A DNA stretch of 64,000 nucleotides from Eledone cirrhosa (lineage: Eukaryota). Shown piece after piece: positions 1 through 12,696 of the stretch; within the stretch, counting starts at the first letter, position 1, and every line of letters begins with the position of its first letter. The stretch lies in assembly GCA_964016885.1 (NCBI GenBank), contig OZ024758.1, positions 31,806,001-31,870,000 of the forward strand. The letters are read 5' to 3'. The position numbers and the translations under genes were made by a program. The notes under the pieces were generated by a model. It saw only the letters and a list, made by a program, of their open reading frames with translations. It was not told the origin of the DNA and searched no databases.

Positions 1-119
1 TTACGATTGGGTTGATAAAGGTTTTCCTTTTTCTTCAGTTAATTCACGCATTTTTAATACTTTCATTATTCTACATATTTATGAACGTCAACTCTCATTT
101 CCTCCAACTACATCTAGGA

Positions 120-240
120 ATTAAATACGTAGCATAATCTTAATTCAATATATTGTGTCGTCATAACCATTTATTATATGCTAATTATCAATCCTGTAAA
201 TGTTGTACATGTGAGTGTGTATGTATATAACGTGCTGAAT
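120..240 (+). promoter_or_regulatory. Diverged direct copy of the U6 proximal promoter (P'), present in all 19 unit copies
   Basis: Colinear with 1393-1515: attgtg.cgt.ataa, atatgctaatt (176-186 vs 1451-1461), atcct..aaat.ttgtaca, tatgtatataa (220-230 vs 1497-1507). Function is untested. Confidence 0.7.
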
Positions 241-252
241 TGTCACTTCATC

Positions 253-419
253 ATATGCCTAATAAGAAGAAGCAATGTAAAAACAGTAATGGTCTGGTTT
301 CTATGTTGGTGTTAACAACCATATCTCCGTTTAATGTCTATCTGATATCTTTAGAATACAATACATCGTATAATGTAGTCTCAGATATATTATGACAGAA
401 GTGAAGATAAGATGTTTTT
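253..419 (+). ncRNA. Hypothetical ~165-nt Pol III transcript downstream of P' (unknown RNA; repeated in every unit)
   Basis: Start inferred ~30 nt after the TATA at 224. The first run of 4 or more T is T5 at 415-419. Internal stems tatctga/tcagata and tacat/atgta. No recognisable RNA family. Confidence 0.3.
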
Positions 420-1362
420 ATTGTTTGAACTCTTTTCAAACTGGATCAGCTCTCTCACGACAGAGAGGGAGATAACAACAACGACTACAGACAGATAAGA
501 TTTACTTTCTTCTAATATCGTTTCAATATTCTATAAAGGTATTCTCTCCATTTATTGTAAGTGTATTTCATATTGCTTAAACTCCGAAAACTTACGAAGA
601 TCAGAAACGGTATTTATGATTCACCAGATTTTAGTTAGTGCTACCTCCCTCACCAAATTTGTTTCGTCCTCATTTTCTCAATAATACATGTTTTTTACCT
701 GAAATCTTTCAGAGACACAGTTTCGAACATATAGATTACGATTTGTTCGATAGATTTCCTTAAAAAACTATTTATTTATCGTATTTATTAATTTGTTTTC
801 TGTTTTTTAAATATAAAAATATTGTGTTTGTATATAAAATCTGTGACATCACCATTACCTGATAGTGTTTAGACATTTTCTCAAAGTATTTGCTCCATTT
901 ACTTGAATTATATATCATATTGCTACCAGATCTTAAATTTACAACAGACAGAGAAAGATGATATATATTATTACAGTTATGCACAAATGTTATCTGTACT
1001 TTAGAAATGGTGCATATGTAAATTCCATGACAAAATATATTCATTATAGAGAAAATAAAGAGGAAGTTAAATTTGGAGGGATGGCATTAAAGTGTAGTTT
1101 TGCAGAAAATCCAATTCTAATCTGTATAAGCTGTAGGAGTTTAAGGAATATGATGTATTTATAGTTTAAATGAAGGGGGCAAAGAATAACTTGGTTAAAC
1201 AACTTCAGAGCAGGAAACATTGATAATTTGTAGTAATTGTTGTTATCTCCCTTTCTTCCTTGGTAGAACAGACCCATGTTGAAAGTCATAACAACATCCA
1301 ATTTCCAATTCTGTCATATTGTACCCGAGACTACATTATACAATGTATTCTTTTCTAAAGAC
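345..1362. repeat. Degenerate ~1-kb palindrome (arms ~345-840 and ~905-1362) in every unit
   Basis: Reverse-complement anchors: 368-382/1327-1341 (15/15), 466-481/1237-1252 (16/16), 568-585/1136-1153 (17/18), all centred near 860. Confidence 0.85.
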
Positions 1363-1530
1363 AATAAATATGTAAATACAAATGCCATATCACTATTAAT
1401 TACGTGACACAATCATCAGTTTATTTATTGTGACGTAATAAACTTTTATCATATGCTAATTCGCTATCCTAGAAATTTTGTACAAAGAGGTTAGAGTATG
1501 TATATAAAGTGTTGTTTACCAGAAGCCATT
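1327..1530 (+). promoter_or_regulatory. U6 type-3 Pol III promoter (ACTACA SPH-like motif ~-200, ATGCTAAT octamer-like -78, putative PSE, TATA at -30)
   Basis: TATATAAA at 1501 is exactly 30 nt before U6 +1. The SPH, octamer and PSE assignments rest on position and resemblance only. Confidence 0.7.
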
Positions 1531-1554
1531 GTACTAGCTACGGCAGTACATATT

Positions 1555-1587
<33 letters not shown>

Positions 1588-1637
1588 GGCCCCTGCGCAA
1601 GGATGACACGCAAATTCGTGAAGCGTTCCATATTTTT
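1531..1637 (+). ncRNA. U6: U6 snRNA (copy 1, A6 variant)
   Basis: Matches metazoan U6: 5' stem-loop, ACAGAGA box, AGC triad, ISL, T7 terminator. Confidence 0.98.
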
Positions 1638-3365
1638 TTAATTTCATTTAATATTTATAACATTATATACGTAAGATAGTATTAAATGAATACGTGTACA
1701 TTTCATTGAATAACATGTAATCATTTTTACAGTTGAGGGTCACATCACCCCATCTGATTATGTCTCATATATAATATTGTTAATAATCTATAATTTTAAT
1801 GACATTTTACACCAATACCTTTTCCATGATATACATTACGATTGGGTTGATAAAGGTTTTCCTTTTTCTTCAGTTAATTCACGCATTTTTAATACTTTCA
1901 TTATTCTACATATTTATGAACGTTAACTCTCATTTCCTCCAACTACATCTAGGAATTAAATACGTAACATAATCTTAATTCAATATATTGTGTCGTCATA
2001 ACCATTTATTATATGCTAATTATCAATCCTGTAAATGTTGTACATGTGAGTGTGTATGTATATAACGTGCTGAATTGTCACTTCATCATATGCCTAATAA
2101 GAAGAAGCAATGTAAAAACAGTAATGGTCTGGTTTCTATGTTGGTGTTAACAACCATATCTCCGTTTAATGTCTATCTGATATCATTAGAATACAATACA
2201 TCGTATAATGTAGTCTCAGATATATTATGACAGAAGTGAAGATAAGATGTTTTTATTGTTTGAACTCTTTTCAAACTGGATCAGCTCTCTCACGACAGAG
2301 AGGGAGATAACAACAACGACTACAGACAGATAAGATTTACTTTCTTCTAATATCGTTTCAATATTCTATAAAGGTATTCTCTCCATTTATTGTAAGTGTA
2401 TTTCATATTGCTTAAACTCCGAAAACTTACGAAGATCAGAAACGGTATTTATGATTCACCAGATTTTAGTTAGTGCTACCTCCCTCACCAAATTTGTTTC
2501 GTCCTCATTTTCTCAATAATACATGTTTTTTACCTGAAATCTTTCAGAGACACAGTTTCGAACATATAGATTACGATTTGTTCGATAGATTTCCTTAAAA
2601 AACTATTTATTTATCGTATTTATTAATTTGTTTTCTGTTTTTTAAATATAAAAATATTGTGTTTGTATATAAAATCTGTGACATCACCATTACCTGATAG
2701 TGTTTAGACATTTTCTCAAAGTATTTGCTCCATTTACTTGAATTATATATCATATTGCTACCAGATCTTAAATTTACAACAGACAGAGAAAGATGATATA
2801 TATTATTACAGTTATGCACAAATGTTATCTGTACTTTAGAAATGGTGCATATGTAAATTCCATGACAAAATATATTCATTATAGAGAAAATAAAGAGGAA
2901 GTTAAATTTGGAGGGATGGCATTAAAGTGTAGTTTTGCAGAAAATCCAATTCTAATCTGTATAAGCTGTAGGAGTTTAAGGAATATGATGTATTTATAGT
3001 TTAAATGAAGGGGGCAAAGAATAACTTGGTTAAACAACTTCAGAGCAGGAAACATTGATAATTTGTAGTAATTGTTGTTATCTCCCTTTCTTCCTTGGTA
3101 GAACAGACCCATGTTGAAAGTCATAACAACATCCAATTTCCAATTCTGTCATATTGTACCCGAGACTACATTATACAATGTCTTCTTTTCTAAAGACAAT
3201 AAATATGTAAATACAAATACCATATCGGTATTAATTACGTGACACAATCATCAGTTTATTTATTGTGACGTAATAAACTTTTATCATATGCTAATTAGCT
3301 ATCCTGGAAATTTTGTACAAAGGGCTTAGAGTATGTATATAAAGTGTTGTTTACCAGAAGCCATT

Positions 3366-3389
3366 GTACTCGCTACGGCAGTACATATT

Positions 3390-3422
<33 letters not shown>

Positions 3423-3472
3423 GGCCCCTGCGCAAGGATGACACGCAAATTCGTGAAGCGTTCCATATTTTT
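3366..3472 (+). ncRNA. U6: U6 snRNA (copy 2, C6 variant)
   Basis: Full-length U6, TATA at -30, T7. Confidence 0.98.
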
Positions 3473-5134
3473 TTAATTTCATTTAATATTTATAACATTA
3501 TATTCGTAAGATACACATCACCCCATCTGATTATGTCTCATATATAATATTGTTAATAATCTATAATTTTAATGACATTTTACACCAATACCTTTTCCAT
3601 GATATACATTACGATTGGGTTGATAAAGGTTTTCTTTTTTCTTCAGTTATTTCACGTATTTTTAATACTTTCATTATTCTATATTTTTGTGAACGTTAAC
3701 TCTCATTTCCTCCAACTACATCTAGGAATTAAATACGTAACATAATCTTAATTCAATATATTGTGTCGTCATAACCATTTATTATATGCTAATTATCAAT
3801 CCTGTAAATGTTGTACATGTGAGTGTGTATGTATATAACGTGCTGAATTGTCACTTCATCATATACCTAATAAGAAGAAGCAATGTAAAAACAGTAATGG
3901 TCTGGTTTCTATGTTGGTATTAACAACCATATCTCCGTTTAATATCTATCTGATATATTTAGAATACAATACATCGTATAATGTAGTCTCAGATATATTA
4001 TGACAGAAGTGAAGATAAGATGTTTTTATAGTTTGAATTCCTTTCAAACTGGATCAGCTCTCTCACGACAGAGAGGGAGATAACAACAACGACTACAGAC
4101 AGATAAGATTTACTTTCTTCTAATATCGTTTCAATATTCTATAAAGGTATTCTCTCCATTTATTGTAAGTGTATTTCAAATTGCTTAAACTCCTAAAACT
4201 TACGAAGATCAGAAACGGTAATTCTAATTAACCAGATTTTAGTGCTACCTCCCTCACCAAATTTGTTTCGTCCTCATTTTCTCAATAATACATGTTTTTT
4301 ACCTGAAATCTTTCAGAGTCACAGTTTCGAACATATAGATTACGATTTGTTAGATAGATTTCCTTTCAAAACTATTTATTTATTGTATTTATTAATTTGT
4401 TTTCTATTTTTTAAATATAAAAATATTGTGTTTGTATATAAAATCTATCACATCACCATTACCTGATAGAGTTTCGACATTTTCTCAAACTATTTGCTCC
4501 TTTCACTTGAATTATATATCATATTGCTACCAGATCTTAAATTTACAACAGACAGAGAAAGATGATATATATAATTACAGTTATGCACAAATGTTATCTG
4601 TACTTTGGAAATGGTGCATCTGTAAATTCCATGACAAAATATATTCATTATAGAGAAAATAAAGAGGAAGTTAAGTTTGGAGGGATGGCATTAAAGTGTA
4701 GTTTTGCAGAAAATCCAATTCTAGTCTGTATAAGTTGTAGGAGTTTAAGGAATATGATGTATTTACTGTTTAAATGAAGGGGACAAAGAATAACTTGGTT
4801 AAACAACTTCAGAGCAGGGAAACATTGATAATTTGTAGTAATTGTTGTAATCTCCCTTTCTTCCTTGATAGAACAGACCCATGTTGAAAGTCATAACAAC
4901 ATCCAATTTCCAATTCTGTCACATTGTACCCGAGACTACATTATACAATGTCTTCTTTTCTAAAGACAATAAATATGTTAATACAAATACCATATCGCTA
5001 TTAATTACGTGACACAATCATCAGTTTATTTATTGTGACGTAATAAACTTTTATCATATGCTAATTAGCTACCTGGAAATGTTGTACAAAAGGGTTAGAG
5101 TATGTATATAAAGTGTTGTTTACCAGAAGCCATT

Positions 5135-5158
5135 GTACTAGCTACGGCAGTACATATT

Positions 5159-5191
<33 letters not shown>

Positions 5192-5241
5192 GGCCCCTGC
5201 GCAAGGATGACACGCAAATTCGTGAAGCGTTCCATATTTTT
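5135..5241 (+). ncRNA. U6: U6 snRNA (copy 3)
   Basis: Full-length U6, TATA at -30, T7. Confidence 0.98.
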
Positions 5242-6901
5242 TTAATTTCATTTAATATTTATAACATTATATTCGTAAGATACACATCACCCCATCTGAT
5301 AATGTCCCATATATAATCTTGTTAATAATCTATAATTTTAATGACATTTTACACCAATACCTTTTCCATGATATACATTACGATTTGGTTGCTAAAAGGT
5401 TTTCTTTTTTCTTCAGCTAATTCACGTATTTTTAATACTTTCATTATTCTATATATCTATGAACGTTAACTCTCACTTCCTCCAAATACGTCTAGGAATT
5501 AAATACGTAACATAATCTTAATTCAATATATTGTGTCGTCATAACCATTTATTATATGCTAATTATCAATCCTGTAAATGTTGTACATGTGAGTGTGTAT
5601 GTATATAACGTGCTGAATTGTCACTTCATCATATACCTAATAAGAAGAAGCAATATAAAAACAGTAATGGTCTGGTTTCTATGTTGGTATTAACAACCAT
5701 ATCTCCGTTTAATATCTATCTGATATATTTAGAATACAATACATCGTATAATGTAGTCTCAGATATATTATGACAGAAGTGAAGATAAGATGTTTTTATA
5801 GTTTGAATTCCTTTCAAACTGGATCAGCTCTCTCACGACAGAGAGGGAGATAACAACAACGACTACAGACAGATAAGATTTACTTTCTTCTAATATCGTT
5901 TCAATATTCTATAAAGGTATTCTCTCCATTTATTGTAAGTGTATTTCAAATTGCTTAAACTCCTAAAACTTACGAAGATCAGAAACGGTAATTCTAATTA
6001 ACCAGATTTTAGTGCTACCTCCCTCACCAAATTTGTTTCGTCCTCATTTTCTCAATAATACATGTTTTTTACCTGAAATCTTTCAGAGTCACAATTTCGA
6101 ACATATAGATTACGATTTGTTCGATAGAATTCCTTTAAAAACTATTTATTTATTGTATTTATTAATTTGTTTTGTTTTTTAAATATAAAAATATTGTGTT
6201 TGTATATAAAATCTGTGACATCACCATTACCTGATAGTGTTTCGACATTTTATCAAAGTATTTGCTCCTTTCACTTGAATTATATATCATATTGCTACCA
6301 GATCTTAAATTTACAACAGACAGAGAAAGATGATATATATAATTACAGTTATGCACAAATGTTATCTGTACTTTGGAAATGGTGCATCTGTAAATTCCAT
6401 GACAAAATATATTCATTATAGAGAAAATAAAGAGGAAGTTAAATTTGGAGGGATGGCATTAAAGTGTAGTTTTGCAGAAAATCCAATTCTAATCTGTATA
6501 ATTTGTAGGAGTTTAAGAATATGATGTATTTATAGTTTAAATGAAGGGGCCAAAGAATAACTTGGTTAAACAACTTCAGAGCAGGAAACATTGATAATTT
6601 GTAGTAATTGTTGTTATCTCCCTTTCTTCCTTGGTAGAACAGACCCATGTTGAAAGTCATAACAACATCCAATTTCCAATTCTGTCATATTGTACCCGAG
6701 ACTACATTATACAATGTCTTCTTTTCTAAAGACAATAAATATGTAAATACAAATACCATATCGGTATTAATTACGTGACACAATCATCAGTTTATTTATT
6801 GTGACGTAATAAACTTTTATCATATGCTAATTAGCTATCCTGGAAATTTTGTACAAAGGGCTTAGAGTATGTATATAAAGTGTTGTTTACCAGAAGCCAT
6901 T

Positions 6902-6925
6902 GTACTAGCTACGGCAGTACATATT

Positions 6926-6958
<33 letters not shown>

Positions 6959-7008
6959 GGCCCCTGCGCAAGGATGACACGCAAATTCGTGAAGCGTTCC
7001 ATATTTTT
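6902..7008 (+). ncRNA. U6: U6 snRNA (copy 4)
   Basis: Full-length U6, TATA at -30, T7. Confidence 0.98.
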
Positions 7009-8728
7009 TTAATTTCATTTAATATTTATAACATTATATTCGTAGGATAGTATTAAATGAATACGTTTACATTTCATTGAATAACATGTAATCATCTTTA
7101 CAGTTGAGGGTCACATCACCCCTCTGATTATGTCTCATATATAATATTGTTAATAATCTATAATTTTAATGACATTTTACACCAATACCTTTTCCATGAT
7201 ATACATTACGATTGGGTTGATAAAGGTTTTCCTTTTTCTTCAGTTAATTCACGCATTTTTAATACTTTCATTATTCTACATATTTATGAACGTTAACCCT
7301 CATTTCCTCCAACTAAGTCTAGGAATTAAATACGTAACATAATCTTAATTCAATATATTGTGTCGTCATAACCATTTATTATATGCTAATTATCAATCCT
7401 GTAAATGTTGTACATGTGAGTGTGTATGTATATAACGTGCTGAATTGTCACTTCATCATATACCTAATAAGAAGAAGCAATGTAAAAACAGTAATGGTCT
7501 GGTTTCTATGTTGGTATTAACAACCATATCTCCGTTTAATATCTATCTGATATATTTAGAATACAATACATCGTATAATGTAGTCTCAGATATATTATGA
7601 CAGAAGTGAAGATAAGATGTTTTTATAGTTTGAATTCCTTTCAAACTGGATCAGCTCTCTCACGACAGAGAGGGAGATAACAACAACGACTACAGACAGA
7701 TAAGATTTACTTTCTTCTAATATCGTTTCAATATTCTATAAAGGTATTCTCTCCATTTATTGTAAGTGTATTTCAAATTGCTTAAACTCCTAAAACTTAC
7801 GAAGATCAGAAACGGTAATTCTAATTAACCAGATTTTAGTGCTACCTCCCTCACCAAATTTGTTTCGTCCTCATTTTCTCAATAATACATGTTTTTTACC
7901 TGAAATCTTTCAGAGTCACAATTTCGAACATATAGATTACGATTTGTTCGATAGAATTCCTTTAAAAACTATTTATTTATTGTATTTATTAATTTGTTTT
8001 GTTTTTTAAATATAAAAATATTGTGTTTGTATATAAAATCTGTGACATCACCATTACCTGATAGTGTTTCGACATTTTATCAAAGTATTTGCTCCTTTCA
8101 CTTGAATTATATATCATATTGCTACCAGATCTTAAATTTACAACAGACAGAGAAAGATGATATATATAATTACAGTTATGCACAAATGTTATCTGTACTT
8201 TGGAAATGGTGCATCTGTAAATTCCATGACAAAATATATTCATTATAGAGAAAATAAAGAGGAAGTTAAATTTGGAGGGATGGCATTAAAGTGTAGTTTT
8301 GCAGAAAATCCAATTCTAATCTGTATAATTTGTAGGAGTTTAAGAATATGATGTATTTATAGTTTAAATGAAGGGGCCAAAGAATAACTTGGTTAAACAA
8401 CTTCAGAGCAGGAAACATTGATAATTTGTAGTAATTGTTGTTATCTCCCTTTCTTCCTTGGTAGAACAGACCCATGTTGAAAGTCATAACAACATCCAAT
8501 TTCCAATTCTGTCATATTGTACCCGAGACTACATTATACAATGTCTTCTTTTCTAAAGACAATAAATATGTAAATACAAATACCATATCGGTATTAATTA
8601 CGTGACACAATCATCAGTTTATTTATTGTGACGTAATAAACTTTTATCATATGCTAATTAGCTATCCTGGAAATTTTGTACAAAGGGCTTAGAGTATGTA
8701 TATAAAGTGTTGTTTACCAGAAGCCATT

Positions 8729-8752
8729 GTACTAGCTACGGCAGTACATATT

Positions 8753-8785
<33 letters not shown>

Positions 8786-8835
8786 GGCCCCTGCGCAAGG
8801 ATGACACGCAAATTCGTGAAGCGTTCCATATTTTT
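8729..8835 (+). ncRNA. U6: U6 snRNA (copy 5)
   Basis: Full-length U6, TATA at -30, T7. Confidence 0.98.
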
Positions 8836-10547
8836 TTAATTTCATTTAATATTTATAACATTATATTCGTAGGATAGTATTAAATGAATACGTTTACATT
8901 TCATTGAATAACATGTAATCATCTTTACAGTTGAGGGTCACATCACCCCTCTGATTATGTCTCATATATAATATTGTTAATAATCTATAATTTTAATGAC
9001 ATTTTACACCAATACCTTTTCCATGATATACATTACGATTGGGTTGATAAAGGTTTTCCTTTTTCTTCAGTTAATTCACGCATTTTTAATACTTTCATTA
9101 TTCTACATATTTATGAACGTTAACCCTCATTTCCTCCAACTAAGTCTAGGAATTAAATACGTAACATAATCTTAATTCAATATATTGTGTCGTCATAACC
9201 ATTTATTATATGCTAATTATCAATCCTGTAAATGTTGTACATGTGAGTGTGTATGTATATAACGTGCTGAATTGTCACTTCATCATATACCTAATAAGAA
9301 GAAGCAATGTAAAAACAGTAATGGTCTGGTTTCTATGTTGGTATTAACAACCATATCTCCGTTTAATATCTATCTGATATATTTAGAATACAATACATCG
9401 TATAATGTAGTCTCAGATATATTATGACAGAAGTGAAGATAAGATGTTTTTATAGTTTGAATTCCTTTCAAACTGGATCAGCTCTCTCACGACAGAGAGG
9501 GAGATAACAACAACGACTACAGACAGATAAGATTTACTTTCTTCTAATATCGTTTCAATATTCTATAAAGGTATTCTCTCCATTTATTATTGTAAGTGTA
9601 TTTCAAATTGCTTAAACTCCTAAAACTTACGAAGATCAGAAACGGTAATTCTAATTAACCAGATTTTAGTGCTGCCTCCCTCACCAAATTTGTTTCGTCC
9701 TCATTTTCTCAATAATACATTTTTTTTACCTGAAATCTTTCAGAGTCACAATTTCGAACATATAGATTACGATTTGTTAGATAGAATTCCTTTAAAAACT
9801 ATTTATTTATTGTATTTATTAATTTGTTTTGTTTTTTAAATATAAAAATATTGTGTTTGTATATAAAATCTGTCACATCACCATTACCTGATAGTGTTTC
9901 GACATTTTATCAAAGTATTTGCTCCTTTCACTTGAATTATATATCATATTGCTACCAGATCTTAAATTTACAACAGACAGAGAAAGATGATATATATAAT
10001 TACAGTTATGCACAAATGTTATCTGTACATTGGAAATGATGCATCTGTAAATTCCATGACAAAATATATTCATTATAGAGAAAATAAAGAGGAAGTTAAA
10101 TTTGGAGGGATGGCATTAAAGTGTAGTTTTGCAGAAAATCCAATTCTAGTCTGTATAAGTTGTAGTAGTTTAAGGAATATGATGTATTTACTGTTTAAAT
10201 GAAGGGGGCAAAGAATAACTTGGTTAAACAACTTCAGAGCAGGGAAACATTGATAATTTGTAGTAATTGTTGTTATCTCCCTTTCTTCCTTGATAGCACA
10301 GACCCATGTTGAAAGTCATAACAACATCCAATTTCCAATTCTGTCATATTGTACCCGAGACTACATTATACAATGTCTTCTTTTCTAAAGACAATAAATA
10401 TGTAAATACAAATGCCATATCGCTATTAATTACGTGACACAATCATCAGTTTATATATTGTGACGTAATAAACTTTTATCATATGCTAATTAGCTATCCT
10501 AGAAATTTTGTACAAAGGGGTTAGAGTATTTATATAAAATGTTGTTT

Positions 10548-10724
10548 CTACTTTAGACACAAGGCCAGCAATTATCCAGTACATTACTGGTACTTTATTT
10601 TATCGACCTCGTAAGGATGAAAGGCAAAGTCAACCTCGGCGGGATTTGAACTCAGATCGTAAAGGGACGTAACTATGCTGGAAAGCATGGCGTCCGACCC
10701 TCTACCGATACTGCCAATCCACCG
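10548..10724 (-). mobile_element. tRNA-derived SINE (family 1) inserted in the U6 promoter
   Basis: Minus-strand A box TGGCAGTATCGG and B box GAGTTCAAATCC. 15-bp TSD tataaaatgttgttt at 10533-10547 and 10725-10739. Confidence 0.92.
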
Positions 10725-10752
10725 TATAAAATGTTGTTTACCAGAAGCTATT

Positions 10753-10776
10753 GTACTCGCTACGGCAGTACATATT

Positions 10777-10809
<33 letters not shown>

Positions 10810-10859
10810 GGCCCCTGCGCAAGGATGACACGCAAATTCGTGAAGCGTTCCATATTTTT
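10753..10859 (+). ncRNA. U6: U6 snRNA (copy 6, C6, SINE-interrupted promoter)
   Basis: Full-length U6 sequence. Confidence 0.96.
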
Positions 10860-12587
10860 TTAATTTCATGTAATATTTATAACATTATATTCGTAAGATA
10901 CTATTAAATTAATACGTTTACAATTCATTGAATAACATGTAATCATTTTTACAGTTGAGGGTCACATCACCCCATCTGATTATGTCTCATATATAATATT
11001 GTTAATAATCTATAATTTTAATGACATTTTACACCAATACCTTTTCCATGATATACATTACAATTAGGTTGATAAAGGTTTTATTTTTTCTTCAGTTAAT
11101 TCACGTATTTTTAATACTTTCATTATTCTATATATTTATGAACGTTAAATCTCATTTCCTCCAACTACGTCTAGGAATTAAATACCTAACATAATCTTAA
11201 TTCAATATATTGTGTCGTCATAACCATTTATCATATGTTAATTATCAATCCTGTAAATGTTGTACATGTGAGTGTATATGTATATAACGTGCTGAATTGT
11301 CACTTCATCATATGCCTAATAAGAAGAAGCAATGTAAAAACAGTAATGGTTTGGTTTCTGTATTGGTATTAACAACCATATCTCCGTTTAATGTCTATCT
11401 GATATCTTTAGAATACAATACATCGTATAATGTAGTCTCAGATATATTATGACAGAAGTGAAGATAAGATGTTTTTATAGTTTGAATTCCTTTCAAACTG
11501 GATCAGCTCTGTCACGACAGAGAGGGAGATAACAACAACGACTACAGACAGATAAGATTTACTTTCTTCTAATATCGTTTCAATATTCTATAAAGGTATT
11601 CTCTCCATTTATTGTACGTGTATTTCATATTGCTTAAACTCCGAAAACTTACGAAGATCAGAAACGGTAATTCTAATTAATCAGATTTTAGTTAGTGCTA
11701 CCTCCCTCACCAAATTTGTTTCGTCCTCATTTTCTCAATAATACATGTTTTTTACCTGAAATCTTTCAGAGACACAGTTTCGAACATATAGATTACGATT
11801 TGTTCGATAGATTTCCTTTAAAAACTATTTATTTATCGTATTTATTAATTTGTTTTCTGTTTTTTAAATATAAAAATATTGTGTTTGTATATAAAATCTG
11901 TGACATCACCATTACCTGATAGTGTTTAGACATTTTCTCAAAGTATTTGCTCCATTCACTTGAATTATATATCATATTGCTACCAGATCTTAAATTTACA
12001 ACAGACAGAGAAAGATGATATATATTATTACAGTAATGCACAAATGTTATTTTTATTTTAGAAATGGTGCATCTGTAAATTCTATGACAAAATATATTCA
12101 TTATAGAGAAAATAAAGAGGAAGTTAAATTTGGAGGGATGACATTAAAGTGTAGTTTTGCAGAAAATCCAATTCTAATCTGTATAAGTTGTAGGAGTTTA
12201 AGGAATATGATGTATTTATAGTTTAAATGAAGGGGGCAAAGAATAACTTGGTTAAACAACTTCAGAGCAGGAAACATTGATAATTTGTAGTAATTGTTGT
12301 TATCTCCTTTTCTTCCTTGGTAGAACAGACCCATGTTGAAAGTCATAACAACATCCAATTTCCAATTCTGTCATATTGTACCCGAGACTACATTATACAA
12401 TGTCTTCTTTTCTAAAGACAATAAATATGTAAATACAAATGCCATATCACTATTAATTACGTGACACAATCATCAGTTTATTTATTGTGACGTAATAAAC
12501 TTTTATCATATGCTAATTCGCTATCCTAGAAATTTTGTACAAAGGGGTTAGAATATGTATATAAAGTGTTGTTTACCAGAAGCCATT

Positions 12588-12611
12588 GTACTAGCTACGG
12601 CAGTACATATT

Positions 12612-12644
<33 letters not shown>

Positions 12645-12696
12645 GGCCCCTGCGCAAGGATGACACGCAAATTCGTGAAGCGTTCCATATATTTTT
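12588..12696 (+). ncRNA. U6: U6 snRNA (copy 7, 3' variant CCATATATTTTT)
   Basis: Full-length U6 with a T5 terminator after an extra TA. Confidence 0.97.

Noticed and set aside
252-298. Sequence after P' as a decayed U6 or U6atac copy
   Set aside because: Only weak gapped similarity (catat..ctaa...atgg); no ACAGAGA/GGAGA box, ISL or 5' stem-loop. Cannot be supported by eye, though not fully excluded.
3344-3547. ORF containing [31 protein letters not shown]
   Set aside because: It is a translation of the U6 RNA gene and is open only in 62-bp-deletion units.
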